A stretch of DNA of 64,000 nucleotides from Burkholderiales bacterium (lineage in GTDB: Bacteria > Pseudomonadota > Gammaproteobacteria > Burkholderiales > SG8-41). The position numbers and the translations under genes were made by a program. This document shows, piece after piece, positions 56,495 to 64,000 of this stretch. The stretch is taken from assembly GCA_019634975.1 (NCBI GenBank), contig JAHCAI010000005.1, positions 113,719-177,718 on the forward strand, in the 5' to 3' direction. How positions within the stretch are numbered: position 1 is the stretch's first letter; every line of letters starts with the position of its first letter. The notes below the pieces were generated by a model. That model saw only the letters and a program-made list of their open reading frames with translations. It searched no databases and was not told the DNA's origin.

Positions 56495-57469
56495 CTATAA
56501 CCTTTCAAGCTGCTCTCGAGTCATGGGCAAAAACTGATCCTTGGGAATCTTTACCACAGTACTACCCCCTCCCCTCATATTCGTACCACCTCCCTGCTGA
56601 TTCCAAGATGCAAACTGCGCCAGCTTGTCAAAGGTAATAAACCACCATTGCCGTAGCTCCCTAGTCTCCGTGTCAGAAATTTCTCGAACAACGAACATTG
56701 AATGAAGATTACCTCGCTTAGCAGCGTAATAAGCCAGCTTTACGAACGGGCCAACATCCAGCCCAAAAAACTCTCCTAATGAACGGTCGTTAGCGCTAGT
56801 TTTTTCTTTTATCTCCAAGGGGTACGTATATTGCTGCCCCCAAAAAATGCCGTCGATATCGGATACTTCCGCCATAAACGACGACTGAAAAGAAACTCTT
56901 AAATGTTCTTTTAAAAATTCCTCCGCAACATGCGGGTCAGGAATAGTAGAAACATCCGTCTTATAGCTAAGAAAATTATATTGACGAGAGCGCGCTCTCA
57001 AATACGGACTTAAGGCTTCGTTCAAACTCATAAAAGGATTTTCGTTCGGAGTACCTAATTGGACAGCTTGCCAACTCAGCCCATTCGCGTCATTTACCAC
57101 TCTGACGTCTGGAACGCAGTAATAACCATGAATTCCAATCTGATGAAAAGTCGCACAAATCGTATGTAATCCACGGGAAGGCTCCGGAGAGATTCTTGAG
57201 GCACTTAAAATGCTACCGTCAGAAATTACCTCCGGGAATATCGCCACGGTAGATTGACCGAACTCGCCTGGGCCCGTACGCCGAGCGATCCAACCTCCCA
57301 AGGATATTCGATTCGCAAAACCCAATCTCGCTAAGTGATTCCTAAAATCAACCTCAGCAAGCAACCCCCTTAGCTTGTTTTGGTTCAACACACCTTTCGC
57401 ACGATTACTTGCGATACTCTTTGACAAGTAATCCCGCATTGTTTGGATTTCCATTCCTGTCATCCCCAT
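56495..57469 (-). CDS. putative type II restriction endonuclease, PD-(D/E)xK-like, family not recognised
   Basis: 324 aa with low G+C. It is the last gene of the MTase-orf92-vsr operon and overlaps the vsr stop. The candidate catalytic motif is SDIDGIFWGQQYTYPLEIKEK (D...ExK). Alternative ATGs lie at 57463 and 57454. Confidence 0.55.
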   Translation of the reverse strand: MGMTGMEIQTMRDYLSKSIASNRAKGVLNQNKLRGLLAEVDFRNHLARLGFANRISLGGWIARRTGPGEFGQSTVAIFPEVISDGSILSASRISPEPSRGLHTICATFHQIGIHGYYCVPDVRVVNDANGLSWQAVQLGTPNENPFMSLNEALSPYLRARSRQYNFLSYKTDVSTIPDPHVAEEFLKEHLRVSFQSSFMAEVSDIDGIFWGQQYTYPLEIKEKTSANDRSLGEFFGLDVGPFVKLAYYAAKRGNLHSMFVVREISDTETRELRQWWFITFDKLAQFASWNQQGGGTNMRGGGSTVVKIPKDQFLPMTREQLERL

Positions 57470-57894
57470 CCCCTCGATATCTTTTTCCCCAAACTAGCAA
57501 CAAGTGCATCCACGCGCCCCCTCCGCACAGCCAGTCGAATCTCACATTCCCAAACCAAGAAATATCGCCAACTCGCCTTTTTCAGGCTCTCGTGGACAAA
57601 AGCATCTCTGCGGATGTTGCCGTTTATCTTTTTTTTCCAGAATCTACGATTGGTTTTTGGCCATTTAAAGTACTCGCATTGATGGCCATGCCAAAAACAA
57701 CCATTTACAAAAATGACTGCTCGGTACTTTTTGAATACGATATCGGGCTTTCCGGGCAACGATGCAACATGCAAACGGTAGCGAAACCCTCTTTTGTGCA
57801 AAGCCGATCTAATCATCAGTTCCGGCTTTGTATTCTCCCCGCGAATACCGGACATCATCCGGCTACGCGTAGCCTTATCGACTACATCAACCAT
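57460..57894 (-). CDS. vsr: very short patch repair endonuclease
   Basis: 144 aa. MVDVVDKATRSRMMSGIRGENTKPE, LPGKPDIVF and FVNGCFWHGH match the Vsr family. Confidence 0.95.
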   Translation of the reverse strand: MVDVVDKATRSRMMSGIRGENTKPELMIRSALHKRGFRYRLHVASLPGKPDIVFKKYRAVIFVNGCFWHGHQCEYFKWPKTNRRFWKKKINGNIRRDAFVHESLKKASWRYFLVWECEIRLAVRRGRVDALVASLGKKISRGWG

Positions 57895-58165
57895 TCACAA
57901 CGTCACGAAAAACCGACATAAAGACCGGGTACGCGGCGTCATAAACCTTATCACCTTGACAGGCAAACATACCCGCAAGTAAGTCGCGAAGATGCCGAAC
58001 CTCGTCTTTGGAAAAGACCCGAACTCCGGTCCGGATATTTACTATGGACGCCGGATCGTCGTCGGGGTGAAAGAGCAAGTCACGGTCTGACATTTTCCTA
58101 AACCACCGATACATATTTCTCTTGTTGATTACTTTTATTTCAGGAATGCGGCTCACAACCTTCAT
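57887..58165 (-). CDS. hypothetical 92-aa protein between the MTase and vsr genes
   Basis: A strong SD (TAGGAGGGAG) lies 3-5 nt before the ATG. It overlaps the vsr start by 8 nt. I see no recognisable motif and no HTH. Confidence 0.6.
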   Translation of the reverse strand: MKVVSRIPEIKVINKRNMYRWFRKMSDRDLLFHPDDDPASIVNIRTGVRVFSKDEVRHLRDLLAGMFACQGDKVYDAAYPVFMSVFRDVVNG

Positions 58166-58174
58166 ATCTCCCTC

Positions 58175-59452
58175 CTAAGCAGCAACCGACAAATTCGGAA
58201 TGAACAACTGAGAGTCATCAATGAGAATGAACTGGGTCATCAGGCGCGCAGTTTCCGCAATCACCGGAACAGCCACACAATTTCCAAACTGTTTGTAAGC
58301 GCGAGTATCCGAAACGGGTATTCGAAAAGTATCGGGAAACCCCATCAGCCGCGCACACTCGCGCGGCGTAAGCCTGCGAGGATTCTTGCGAGGCTGCTTG
58401 ATCAGGATTTCCGAACCATCCTTGTAGTACCGAGCCGAAAGGGTCCTCGCAATGTCCTTTCCGGTTACCAAGCCAAAGCCGAATCCATTTCCCTTCTTGC
58501 GGTGCTTCTCGGCATACGCCTGAAGGTAATTCCAGAGGTGATCGGTCAGAGTGTACTTTGCGACGACCTTCCGCTTCGCATGATCGAAATACCGCCCCTC
58601 ATCCCACGGCAACTCCGGTTCCGTGCCGTCGGTTTTGTGCAGGATGCTTTCGAGCTTGATTTTTCCCTTCTCGGGCAATCTCAACGCAGCCCAGTCAAAA
58701 CCAACCGGCTCCCTGAAACCCACAATCAGGATACGTTCGCGATGCTGCGGCACGAAATGCGCTGCATCAATCACTTTCCAGTGAATGTGATAACCGAGAT
58801 CTTCGGTAAGCGCGCGGCGTATGACATCAAAAGTCCTGCCCTTGTCGTGGGACTGCAGGTTTTTGACGTTTTCAAGAAGAAAAGCGCGCGGGCGTTTTTC
58901 CTTGATGATCCTCGCCACATCAAAAAACAGGGTTCCCTGGGTTTCATCCTCGAAGCCGTGTTTCCTGCCCAGCGCGTTCTTCTTTGAAACCCCGGCAATC
59001 GAAAACGGCTGACACGGAAAACCCGCCAAGAGCACGTCGTGATCGGGAATATCCCGGGCATCCACCTGCGTGATGTCGCCATCGATGACATGGGTCAGCG
59101 GGTAGTTGGCGGAATAGGTTTTCTGCGCGAATCCGTCCCATTCGCTCGTATACACGCAACGGCCACCCACCTGCTCAAATGCGGCGCGGATTCCGCCGAT
59201 TCCGGCAAACAGGTCGATGAATGTGAATTCCCCTTCTTCCGGCTGGTCAGCCAAGAGGGGCAACACCAGTTGCTTAAGCGCGGGAATAATGTAACCGGGC
59301 GGCTCGCTCTGTCTCGCCTCCCAGCGACGGATGGTTCTGGCATCGACGGCCAGTTCGCGGGCCAGTTCGATTTGTGAATACTGCTTTCGTGCCGCTTTCA
59401 GGTAGTCATACACAGCACCTTGAGGCGCTGACGTGCGAAGCACAGTAGCCAT
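58175..59452 (-). CDS. DNA (cytosine-5)-methyltransferase with N-terminal HTH extension
   Basis: Motif I FIDLFAGIGG, motif IV GFPCQPFS, motif VI ENV, motif VIII QHRER, motif X GNCVAV. The N-terminal HTH is YSQIELARELAVDARTIRRWE. The start is the ATG at 59452 or the TTG at 59512. Confidence 0.95.
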   Translation of the reverse strand: MATVLRTSAPQGAVYDYLKAARKQYSQIELARELAVDARTIRRWEARQSEPPGYIIPALKQLVLPLLADQPEEGEFTFIDLFAGIGGIRAAFEQVGGRCVYTSEWDGFAQKTYSANYPLTHVIDGDITQVDARDIPDHDVLLAGFPCQPFSIAGVSKKNALGRKHGFEDETQGTLFFDVARIIKEKRPRAFLLENVKNLQSHDKGRTFDVIRRALTEDLGYHIHWKVIDAAHFVPQHRERILIVGFREPVGFDWAALRLPEKGKIKLESILHKTDGTEPELPWDEGRYFDHAKRKVVAKYTLTDHLWNYLQAYAEKHRKKGNGFGFGLVTGKDIARTLSARYYKDGSEILIKQPRKNPRRLTPRECARLMGFPDTFRIPVSDTRAYKQFGNCVAVPVIAETARLMTQFILIDDSQLFIPNLSVAA

Positions 59453-59547
59453 TTCGGAATTCTTTCTCTGGGAACGAAACCGGACATTACGCCCTCTGGA
59501 ATTCCCGGTCAAACAGAATCTCTTGCTACCGTCACCGCTCGAAGAAG

Positions 59548-59585
59548 AATAAAAATATCAATAAAAACAAATACTTATGAATTTT
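59548..59585. repeat. AT-rich intergenic element at the right edge of the low-G+C island
   Basis: Sequence aataaaaatatcaataaaaacaaatacttatgaatttt. Positions 59549-59573 are the exact reverse complement of 32634-32658. The MFS stop codon lies inside it. Confidence 0.55.
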
Positions 59586-60717
59586 CTTTTTTTCCGGTCT
59601 TTAATCCCCTCGCCAACGCCCCACCCCCCAGCATCAACCCCGCCAGCAGCCAGAACACCCCCGACACCCCCACCACCGCGCCCAGCGCGCCGAAGGCCAT
59701 CGGCCCGCTCATGCGCACGAAGTTGTTGACGGTGAGGCGCAGGCCCAGCGTCTGGCCGGAGCGGCCTTCCGCCGAGTTGGCGTACATCAGGATCACCGTC
59801 AGCGGGATGCCGATGCCCATGCCGAGGCCGAAACCGAAGGCGATGGCGCCGAGCACCCAGGCGTTGCCGGCAAAGGGCACCAGCGCAAAGCCGGCGGCAC
59901 CGGTGAGGAACACATACATCAGCAGTTTCTCGCCGGGATACTTGTCCACCAGTTTGGCGAGGAAGGTGCGCACGACGAACACCGCCACTGCCAGCGTCGC
60001 CAGCACGCCGCCGATGGCCGAGGCCGAAAGGCCCAGCTTGTGGCCGTGGATCGGCACATAGAACTGGAACAGGTCGTAGCCGAGCTGCACCAGCCCGCCG
60101 GTGACCAGCATGACGACGACGCCGCGGTCGAGCAGCGCGCGCGGCGCGGTGTCGCCCTTGATGCGGCCGCGCGCCGGTGGCAGGCGGTCGCCGAAGGCGA
60201 AAAGCAGGCCGATCACCGCCAGCGACAGCGCCGCGGTGGCGAGGCAGGCCCAGTCGTAGCCGAAGTGGTCGATCGCCAGCCCTGCCATCAGCGGACCGGC
60301 GAAGCTGGTGGTGGCGCCGATCATGCTGAAGTTGGCGAAGTTGCGGGCGCGGGTCTTCGGGGTGCTGAGGTTGCCGATCAGGTTCTGCAGCGTGACGTGG
60401 AAAAAGGACAGCGCCAGGCCGTTCAGCGCCGCCGCGACATAGAACATCTTCAGCGACGGAAAAAAGTACATCAGCAGCAGCGACAGCCCCGCGCAGCAGG
60501 CGGCGAACATCAGGATGCCGCGCGCGGCCTTGCGGTCGGCAAGCCCGCCGACGACCCAGGACAACAGCACCGGGAACACGAACAGCAGGCCGCCGATGAG
60601 GCCGACAGTGGTGGCGGAGGCACCGAGGTGCAGCGCGTAGAGCGTCAGCAACACGCGCATGGCGTTGTTGCCGGTGAAGTTGAAGAAGGTCAGCGCGAGC
60701 GTGAGATGGATCGGCAA
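59575..60717 (-). CDS. MFS transporter
   Basis: 380 aa with about 12 TM segments. GGLADRKAARGIL is a motif A-like loop. Confidence 0.85.
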   Translation of the reverse strand: MPIHLTLALTFFNFTGNNAMRVLLTLYALHLGASATTVGLIGGLLFVFPVLLSWVVGGLADRKAARGILMFAACCAGLSLLLMYFFPSLKMFYVAAALNGLALSFFHVTLQNLIGNLSTPKTRARNFANFSMIGATTSFAGPLMAGLAIDHFGYDWACLATAALSLAVIGLLFAFGDRLPPARGRIKGDTAPRALLDRGVVVMLVTGGLVQLGYDLFQFYVPIHGHKLGLSASAIGGVLATLAVAVFVVRTFLAKLVDKYPGEKLLMYVFLTGAAGFALVPFAGNAWVLGAIAFGFGLGMGIGIPLTVILMYANSAEGRSGQTLGLRLTVNNFVRMSGPMAFGALGAVVGVSGVFWLLAGLMLGGGALARGLKTGKKENS

Positions 60718-60796
60718 GGCAAAAAGCCGCGGGCACGGAGCCGCGGCATGCGGTGGTTCAGGGAGACCTTCTTATATCACGCCGCCCGCGCGGCAG

Positions 60797-61774
60797 TCAG
60801 CGCACTATGACCGGTTTTCCGCTGTCGGCGGAGGCGATGATCGCCTCCAGTGTCGCCACGCCGTTGATTGCCTCTTCGGCAGGCACCACGCAGGGCCGGC
60901 CCGCAGCCACCGCGTCGGCGAAGGCCTCCAGCGTCAGCTGTTCCTTGTCCACGGCAGGCAGGGCCAGACGCTCGCCCTTGCCGTCGTTGCCGAGGAATTC
61001 GAGCCCGGTGTCGCCGCGCATCTCCAGCCAGCCCTTGCTGCCGAAGACATGCACCCGCCACAGTTCGGCGGTGACGGTGATGGTGGTCAATTGACCGGTT
61101 GCACCGCCGGCGAAACGGAACAGCATCGCCGTCGTGTCGTCGACCTCGATGTCGGCGGCCAGCGCGCGCCGGCTGCTGTGGGCGCAGACTTCCGCCACCG
61201 GGCCGGCGAGCTGGATCATCGCGTCCAGCGTATGCACGCCGCGCGGGGTCATGCCGCCGGCGGGGGATTCGCTGCGCGAGGCGCGCCAGGCGCCGGGCTT
61301 CAGCTGCCAGCCCGAGGGTCCGGAGAAGTTGGCCTCGACATGCAGCACCTGGCCGATGTCGCCGGCGGCGACGCGCCGGCGCATTTCGACGAAGGCCGGA
61401 GCGTGGCGGCGGTTGAAGCCGATGCCCAGCGTGACGCCCGCCTTGCGGCAGGCCTCGACGGCCTCCTCGGCATGCGCGCGTTTCAGGGTCAGCGGCTTTT
61501 CAACGAAGACATGCTTGCCGGCACGGGCCGCGGCAATGATCTGGGCGTGGTGCTGGGTGTGCGGCGTGGCGAGTACAACGGCCTCGATCTGCGGGTCGCG
61601 CAGGACTTCAGCGTAGTCGGCAACAACAGCCGCGCCGTATTTCTGCGTGAATTCGGCATGGCGCGAAGGATCGCGCGAGACGCCTTTGACGATGCGGATC
61701 TTGCTGCTGGCCTTGACCGAGTCGGTGAGGCGGTTGCCCCAGCGGCCGAGGCCGTGCAGTGCTGCTCGAAGCAT
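60797..61774 (-). CDS. Gfo/Idh/MocA family oxidoreductase
   Basis: 325 aa. It has the N-terminal Rossmann motif, VVLATPHTQHHAQIIAAARAGKHVFVEKPL and the EKP motif. Confidence 0.9.
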   Translation of the reverse strand: MLRAALHGLGRWGNRLTDSVKASSKIRIVKGVSRDPSRHAEFTQKYGAAVVADYAEVLRDPQIEAVVLATPHTQHHAQIIAAARAGKHVFVEKPLTLKRAHAEEAVEACRKAGVTLGIGFNRRHAPAFVEMRRRVAAGDIGQVLHVEANFSGPSGWQLKPGAWRASRSESPAGGMTPRGVHTLDAMIQLAGPVAEVCAHSSRRALAADIEVDDTTAMLFRFAGGATGQLTTITVTAELWRVHVFGSKGWLEMRGDTGLEFLGNDGKGERLALPAVDKEQLTLEAFADAVAAGRPCVVPAEEAINGVATLEAIIASADSGKPVIVR

Positions 61775-61811
61775 GGTGGTCTCTCCTCTACCGTCAATGT
61801 AAACACATCAC

Positions 61812-61920
61812 GGGACAGTAGCCCGGATGAAACGAAGTGGAATCCGGGTCAGTGTCGTCACAGGCTGCCGCGGCCCCGGACTCCGGCCTTCGGCCTTCCT
61901 CCGGGCTACGGGTACGGGTC
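61812..61920. repeat. REP/MITE-like inverted-repeat element
   Basis: gtagcccgga (61818-61827) and tccgggctac (61900-61909) are inverted copies. An inner hairpin cccggat...atccggg (61822-61847) is of the widespread PGY/HPGY-translating repeat type. Confidence 0.45.
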
Positions 61921-61969
61921 ATCTTGTCCGGCGCGTCCGGCCCATGTCCCGCAAAACCGCAGGTCACTT

Positions 61970-63070
61970 CTATTTCTTCGCCGTCGGCCGCAGCGGGCTG
62001 GTAAAAGTAAAGTTGTCGTAACTCATCTCGGCGACGCGGAACCACAGGAACTGGTCGCTGCGGAATTTGAGCCACTGCGCGTAGATGCGGCGGAAATGCG
62101 CGCTTTTCTTCGCCGCCTCGTCGTAGATCTCGAAGGCCGCCTTCTGCGCCGCCTCCATCACCGGCTTCGGAAACTGGCGCAGCTGCGCGCCGCCGGCGAC
62201 GAGTTTTTTCAGGGCTTCGGGGTTCTTCGCGTCGTAGTGCGCGAGCATGTGCACGTTCGCTTCGGCGCAGGCCGATTCGAAAATCGACTTGTAATGCTTG
62301 GGCAGCGCCTCCCACTGCTTGAGGTTGACGATGGTCGACAGCTGGGGTCCGCCCTCCCACCAGCCGGGGTAATAGTAGTACTTCGCGACCTTCTGGAAAC
62401 CGAGCTTCTCGTCGTCGTAGGGGCCGACCCATTCCGCGGCGTCGATGGTGCCGCGCTCGAGGGCCTGGTAGATCTCGCCGCCGGCGAGCTGCTGGCCGAC
62501 GACGCCCAGTTTCGCCAGCACCTGGCCGGCAAGTCCGGCAACGCGCATCTTCAGGCCCTTCAGATCGGCGAGCGACTTGATCTCCTTGCGGAACCAGCCG
62601 CCCATCTGCACGCCGGTGTTGCCGCTGGGAAACTGCACGCAGCCGTATTCCCTGAACAGCTCGGCCACCGCTTCCCTGCCGCCGCCGTAGTACATCCAGG
62701 CGTTCTGCTGGCGCGCATTGAGCCCGAAGGGCACCGCCGTGGCAAAGGCGAAGGCCGGATCCTTGCCGATGTAGTAATAGGGCGCGGTGTGGCCGCACTG
62801 CACGGTGCCGTTCTGCACGGCATCGAGCACCTGCAGGCCGGGCACGATTTCCCCGGCGGCGAACACGCGGATCTGGAACTTGCCCTCGGTGCCTTCAGAC
62901 ACGCGGCGCGACAGGATCTCGGCGGCGCCGTACAGGGTGTCGAGGCTTTTCGGAAAACTCGAGGCGAGCCGCCACTGGATGTTGGGCTGCGCGCGCACGA
63001 TCGCCGGCGCGGCCACCGCGCCGGCGGCAACACCGAGACCCGCTTTCTTCAGGAATGAACGCCGCTGCAT
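61970..63070 (-). CDS. TRAP transporter substrate-binding protein (DctP-type) with Tat signal
   Basis: 366 aa from MQRRSFLKKAGLGVAAGAVAAP (twin-arginine), preceded by GGAGGA. WRLASSFPKSLDTLYG and GGWFRKEI are typical of the TRAP SBP family that pairs with the dctQM type at 52.1-54.2 kb. Confidence 0.9.
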   Translation of the reverse strand: MQRRSFLKKAGLGVAAGAVAAPAIVRAQPNIQWRLASSFPKSLDTLYGAAEILSRRVSEGTEGKFQIRVFAAGEIVPGLQVLDAVQNGTVQCGHTAPYYYIGKDPAFAFATAVPFGLNARQQNAWMYYGGGREAVAELFREYGCVQFPSGNTGVQMGGWFRKEIKSLADLKGLKMRVAGLAGQVLAKLGVVGQQLAGGEIYQALERGTIDAAEWVGPYDDEKLGFQKVAKYYYYPGWWEGGPQLSTIVNLKQWEALPKHYKSIFESACAEANVHMLAHYDAKNPEALKKLVAGGAQLRQFPKPVMEAAQKAAFEIYDEAAKKSAHFRRIYAQWLKFRSDQFLWFRVAEMSYDNFTFTSPLRPTAKK

Positions 63071-63085
63071 GTGGTCCTCCGCGGT

Positions 63086-63121
63086 GATATTATATAAGTA
63101 ATTGATTATAAACGATATTTT
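63086..63121. repeat. AT-rich intergenic element with IHF-consensus core (minus strand)
   Basis: Sequence gatattatataagtaattgattataaacgatatttt. The reverse complement of 63095-63107 is aatcaattactta, which fits WATCAANNNNTTR. Confidence 0.5.
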
Positions 63122-64000
63122 CAGGTTCCGGCGAGGGTCATGCTCTCGACCAGGATGGAACCGCACTGGCGCGAGCTGCGCCGCGACACGTCGTTGCCGA
63201 TGGCGACGATGCGCCGGTACATGTCCTTGAGGTTGCCGGCGATGGTGATCTCCTGCACCGGATAGGCGATGACGCCATTCTCCACCCAGAAGCCGGCGGC
63301 ACCGCGCGAGTAGTCACCGGTGACGGCGTTGACGCCCTGCCCCATCAGTTCGGTGACCAGCAGGCCGCTGCCCATTTTTTTCAGCAGCGCGGCAAAATCC
63401 TCGCCGGTGTCCTGCAGGATCAGGTTGTGGTTGCCGCCGGCGTTGCCGGTGGATTTCATGCCGAGCTTGCGGCCGGAATAGGTGGCAAGGAAATAACCCT
63501 GCACCACGCCGTCCCTGACGATGTCGCGGGTCTGCGTCGCCACGCCCTCCTCGTCGAAGGCGCTGCTGGCGAGGCCCTTGGCGATCAGCGGCAGGTCGCG
63601 CATCTGCACGATCGGCGAGAACACGGCCTTGCCGAGGCTGTCGGGCAGGAAGGAGGACTTGCGGTAGAGGCTGCCGCCGGAGACCGCGGACACGAAATGC
63701 CCCATCAGGCTCGAGGCCACCCCCGATTCGAACAGCACCGGCACCTGCTGCGTGGCGATTTTGCGCGCGCCCAGCCGCGCCACCGCGCGTTCGCCCGCCC
63801 GGCGGCCGACCGATTCCGGCTCCGGCAGGTCGGCCGGGTCGCGCGCGGTCTCGTACCAGTCGTCGCGCTGCATGGCATCGCCCTTGCCCGCGATCAGCGC
63901 GCACCAGATGCCGTGGCGAGAACTCGGATAGCCGGCGAGGAAGCCGTGGGTGTTGCCGTAGATGAAATGCGACTGCTGGGTGGATATCGTCGCGCCCTCG
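63121..64000 (-). CDS. pmbA: metalloprotease PmbA/TldE, C-terminal part (gene continues beyond the window)
   Basis: The frame stays open upstream of the first listed Met, up to the window edge. Motifs: MQRDDWY, FDEEGVATQ, NAGGNHNL, TGDYSRGAAGFWVENG. Confidence 0.9.
   Translation of the reverse strand, partial: EGATISTQQSHFIYGNTHGFLAGYPSSRHGIWCALIAGKGDAMQRDDWYETARDPADLPEPESVGRRAGERAVARLGARKIATQQVPVLFESGVASSLMGHFVSAVSGGSLYRKSSFLPDSLGKAVFSPIVQMRDLPLIAKGLASSAFDEEGVATQTRDIVRDGVVQGYFLATYSGRKLGMKSTGNAGGNHNLILQDTGEDFAALLKKMGSGLLVTELMGQGVNAVTGDYSRGAAGFWVENGVIAYPVQEITIAGNLKDMYRRIVAIGNDVSRRSSRQCGSILVESMTLAGT

Noticed and set aside
56471-59590. Calling the low-G+C island a mobile element, and assigning CCGG (HpaII-like) or CCWGG (EcoRII/Dcm-like) specificity to the RM system.
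   Set aside because: No integrase, transposase, terminal inverted repeats or target-site duplication could be found by eye. The MTase resembles the Dcm/EcoRII/HpaII branch only in general motifs. The nuclease lacks the features I remember for HpaII-type or NaeI-type enzymes, so any specificity claim would be a guess.

Overview
High-G+C chromosomal segment (hand counts of single 60-nt lines give about 63% G+C). Gene content and order look betaproteobacterial, Rhodocyclales- or Burkholderiales-like, but that placement is inference from synteny only. I call about 64 tightly packed CDS, and many adjacent pairs overlap by the 4 nt ATGA, which suggests translational coupling. Most genes are housekeeping:
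- aat-bpt-pyrD-ald, an rnfB-like ferredoxin and nth
- two mono-haem cytochromes c and two tandem SulP permeases
- a PduO-type adenosyltransferase and a BtuF-like B12 binding protein
- aroG-tldD-nit-yhdP divergent from glnE
- a class III nucleotide cyclase, ilvE and waaF
- PMM/PGM, alaS-(lipoprotein)-recX-recA, cinA/pgpA and thiL
- nusB-ribH-ribBA-ribE-ribD-nrdR-glyA
- TRAP, MFS and Bug transporter components, and pmbA

I found no rRNA, tRNA, CRISPR array, transposase or integrase.

Observations worth a second look:
1. A 3.1-kb low-G+C island (56.5-59.6 kb) carries an HTH-fused Dcm-type m5C methyltransferase, an unknown 92-aa ORF, Vsr and a 324-aa PD-(D/E)xK-like nuclease I cannot place in any restriction-enzyme family.
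2. A three-gene module (27.9-31.2 kb) encodes a ComA-family phosphosulfolactate-synthase-like protein, a TcuA-like flavoprotein and a class II aldolase. Its upstream region shares an exact 12-mer with the upstream region of the SulP operon.
3. A dispersed family of about 35-bp AT-rich intergenic elements has a core that fits the IHF consensus. It includes a 25-bp exact inverted copy pair 27 kb apart.
4. Short-period tandem or palindromic repeat arrays sit in the rib and glyA-nrdR spacers, and REP-like hairpins sit in two TRAP-related spacers.
5. One SulP paralog carries a coiled-coil insertion of about 145 aa.

All family assignments come from reading motifs by eye. No database search was run.
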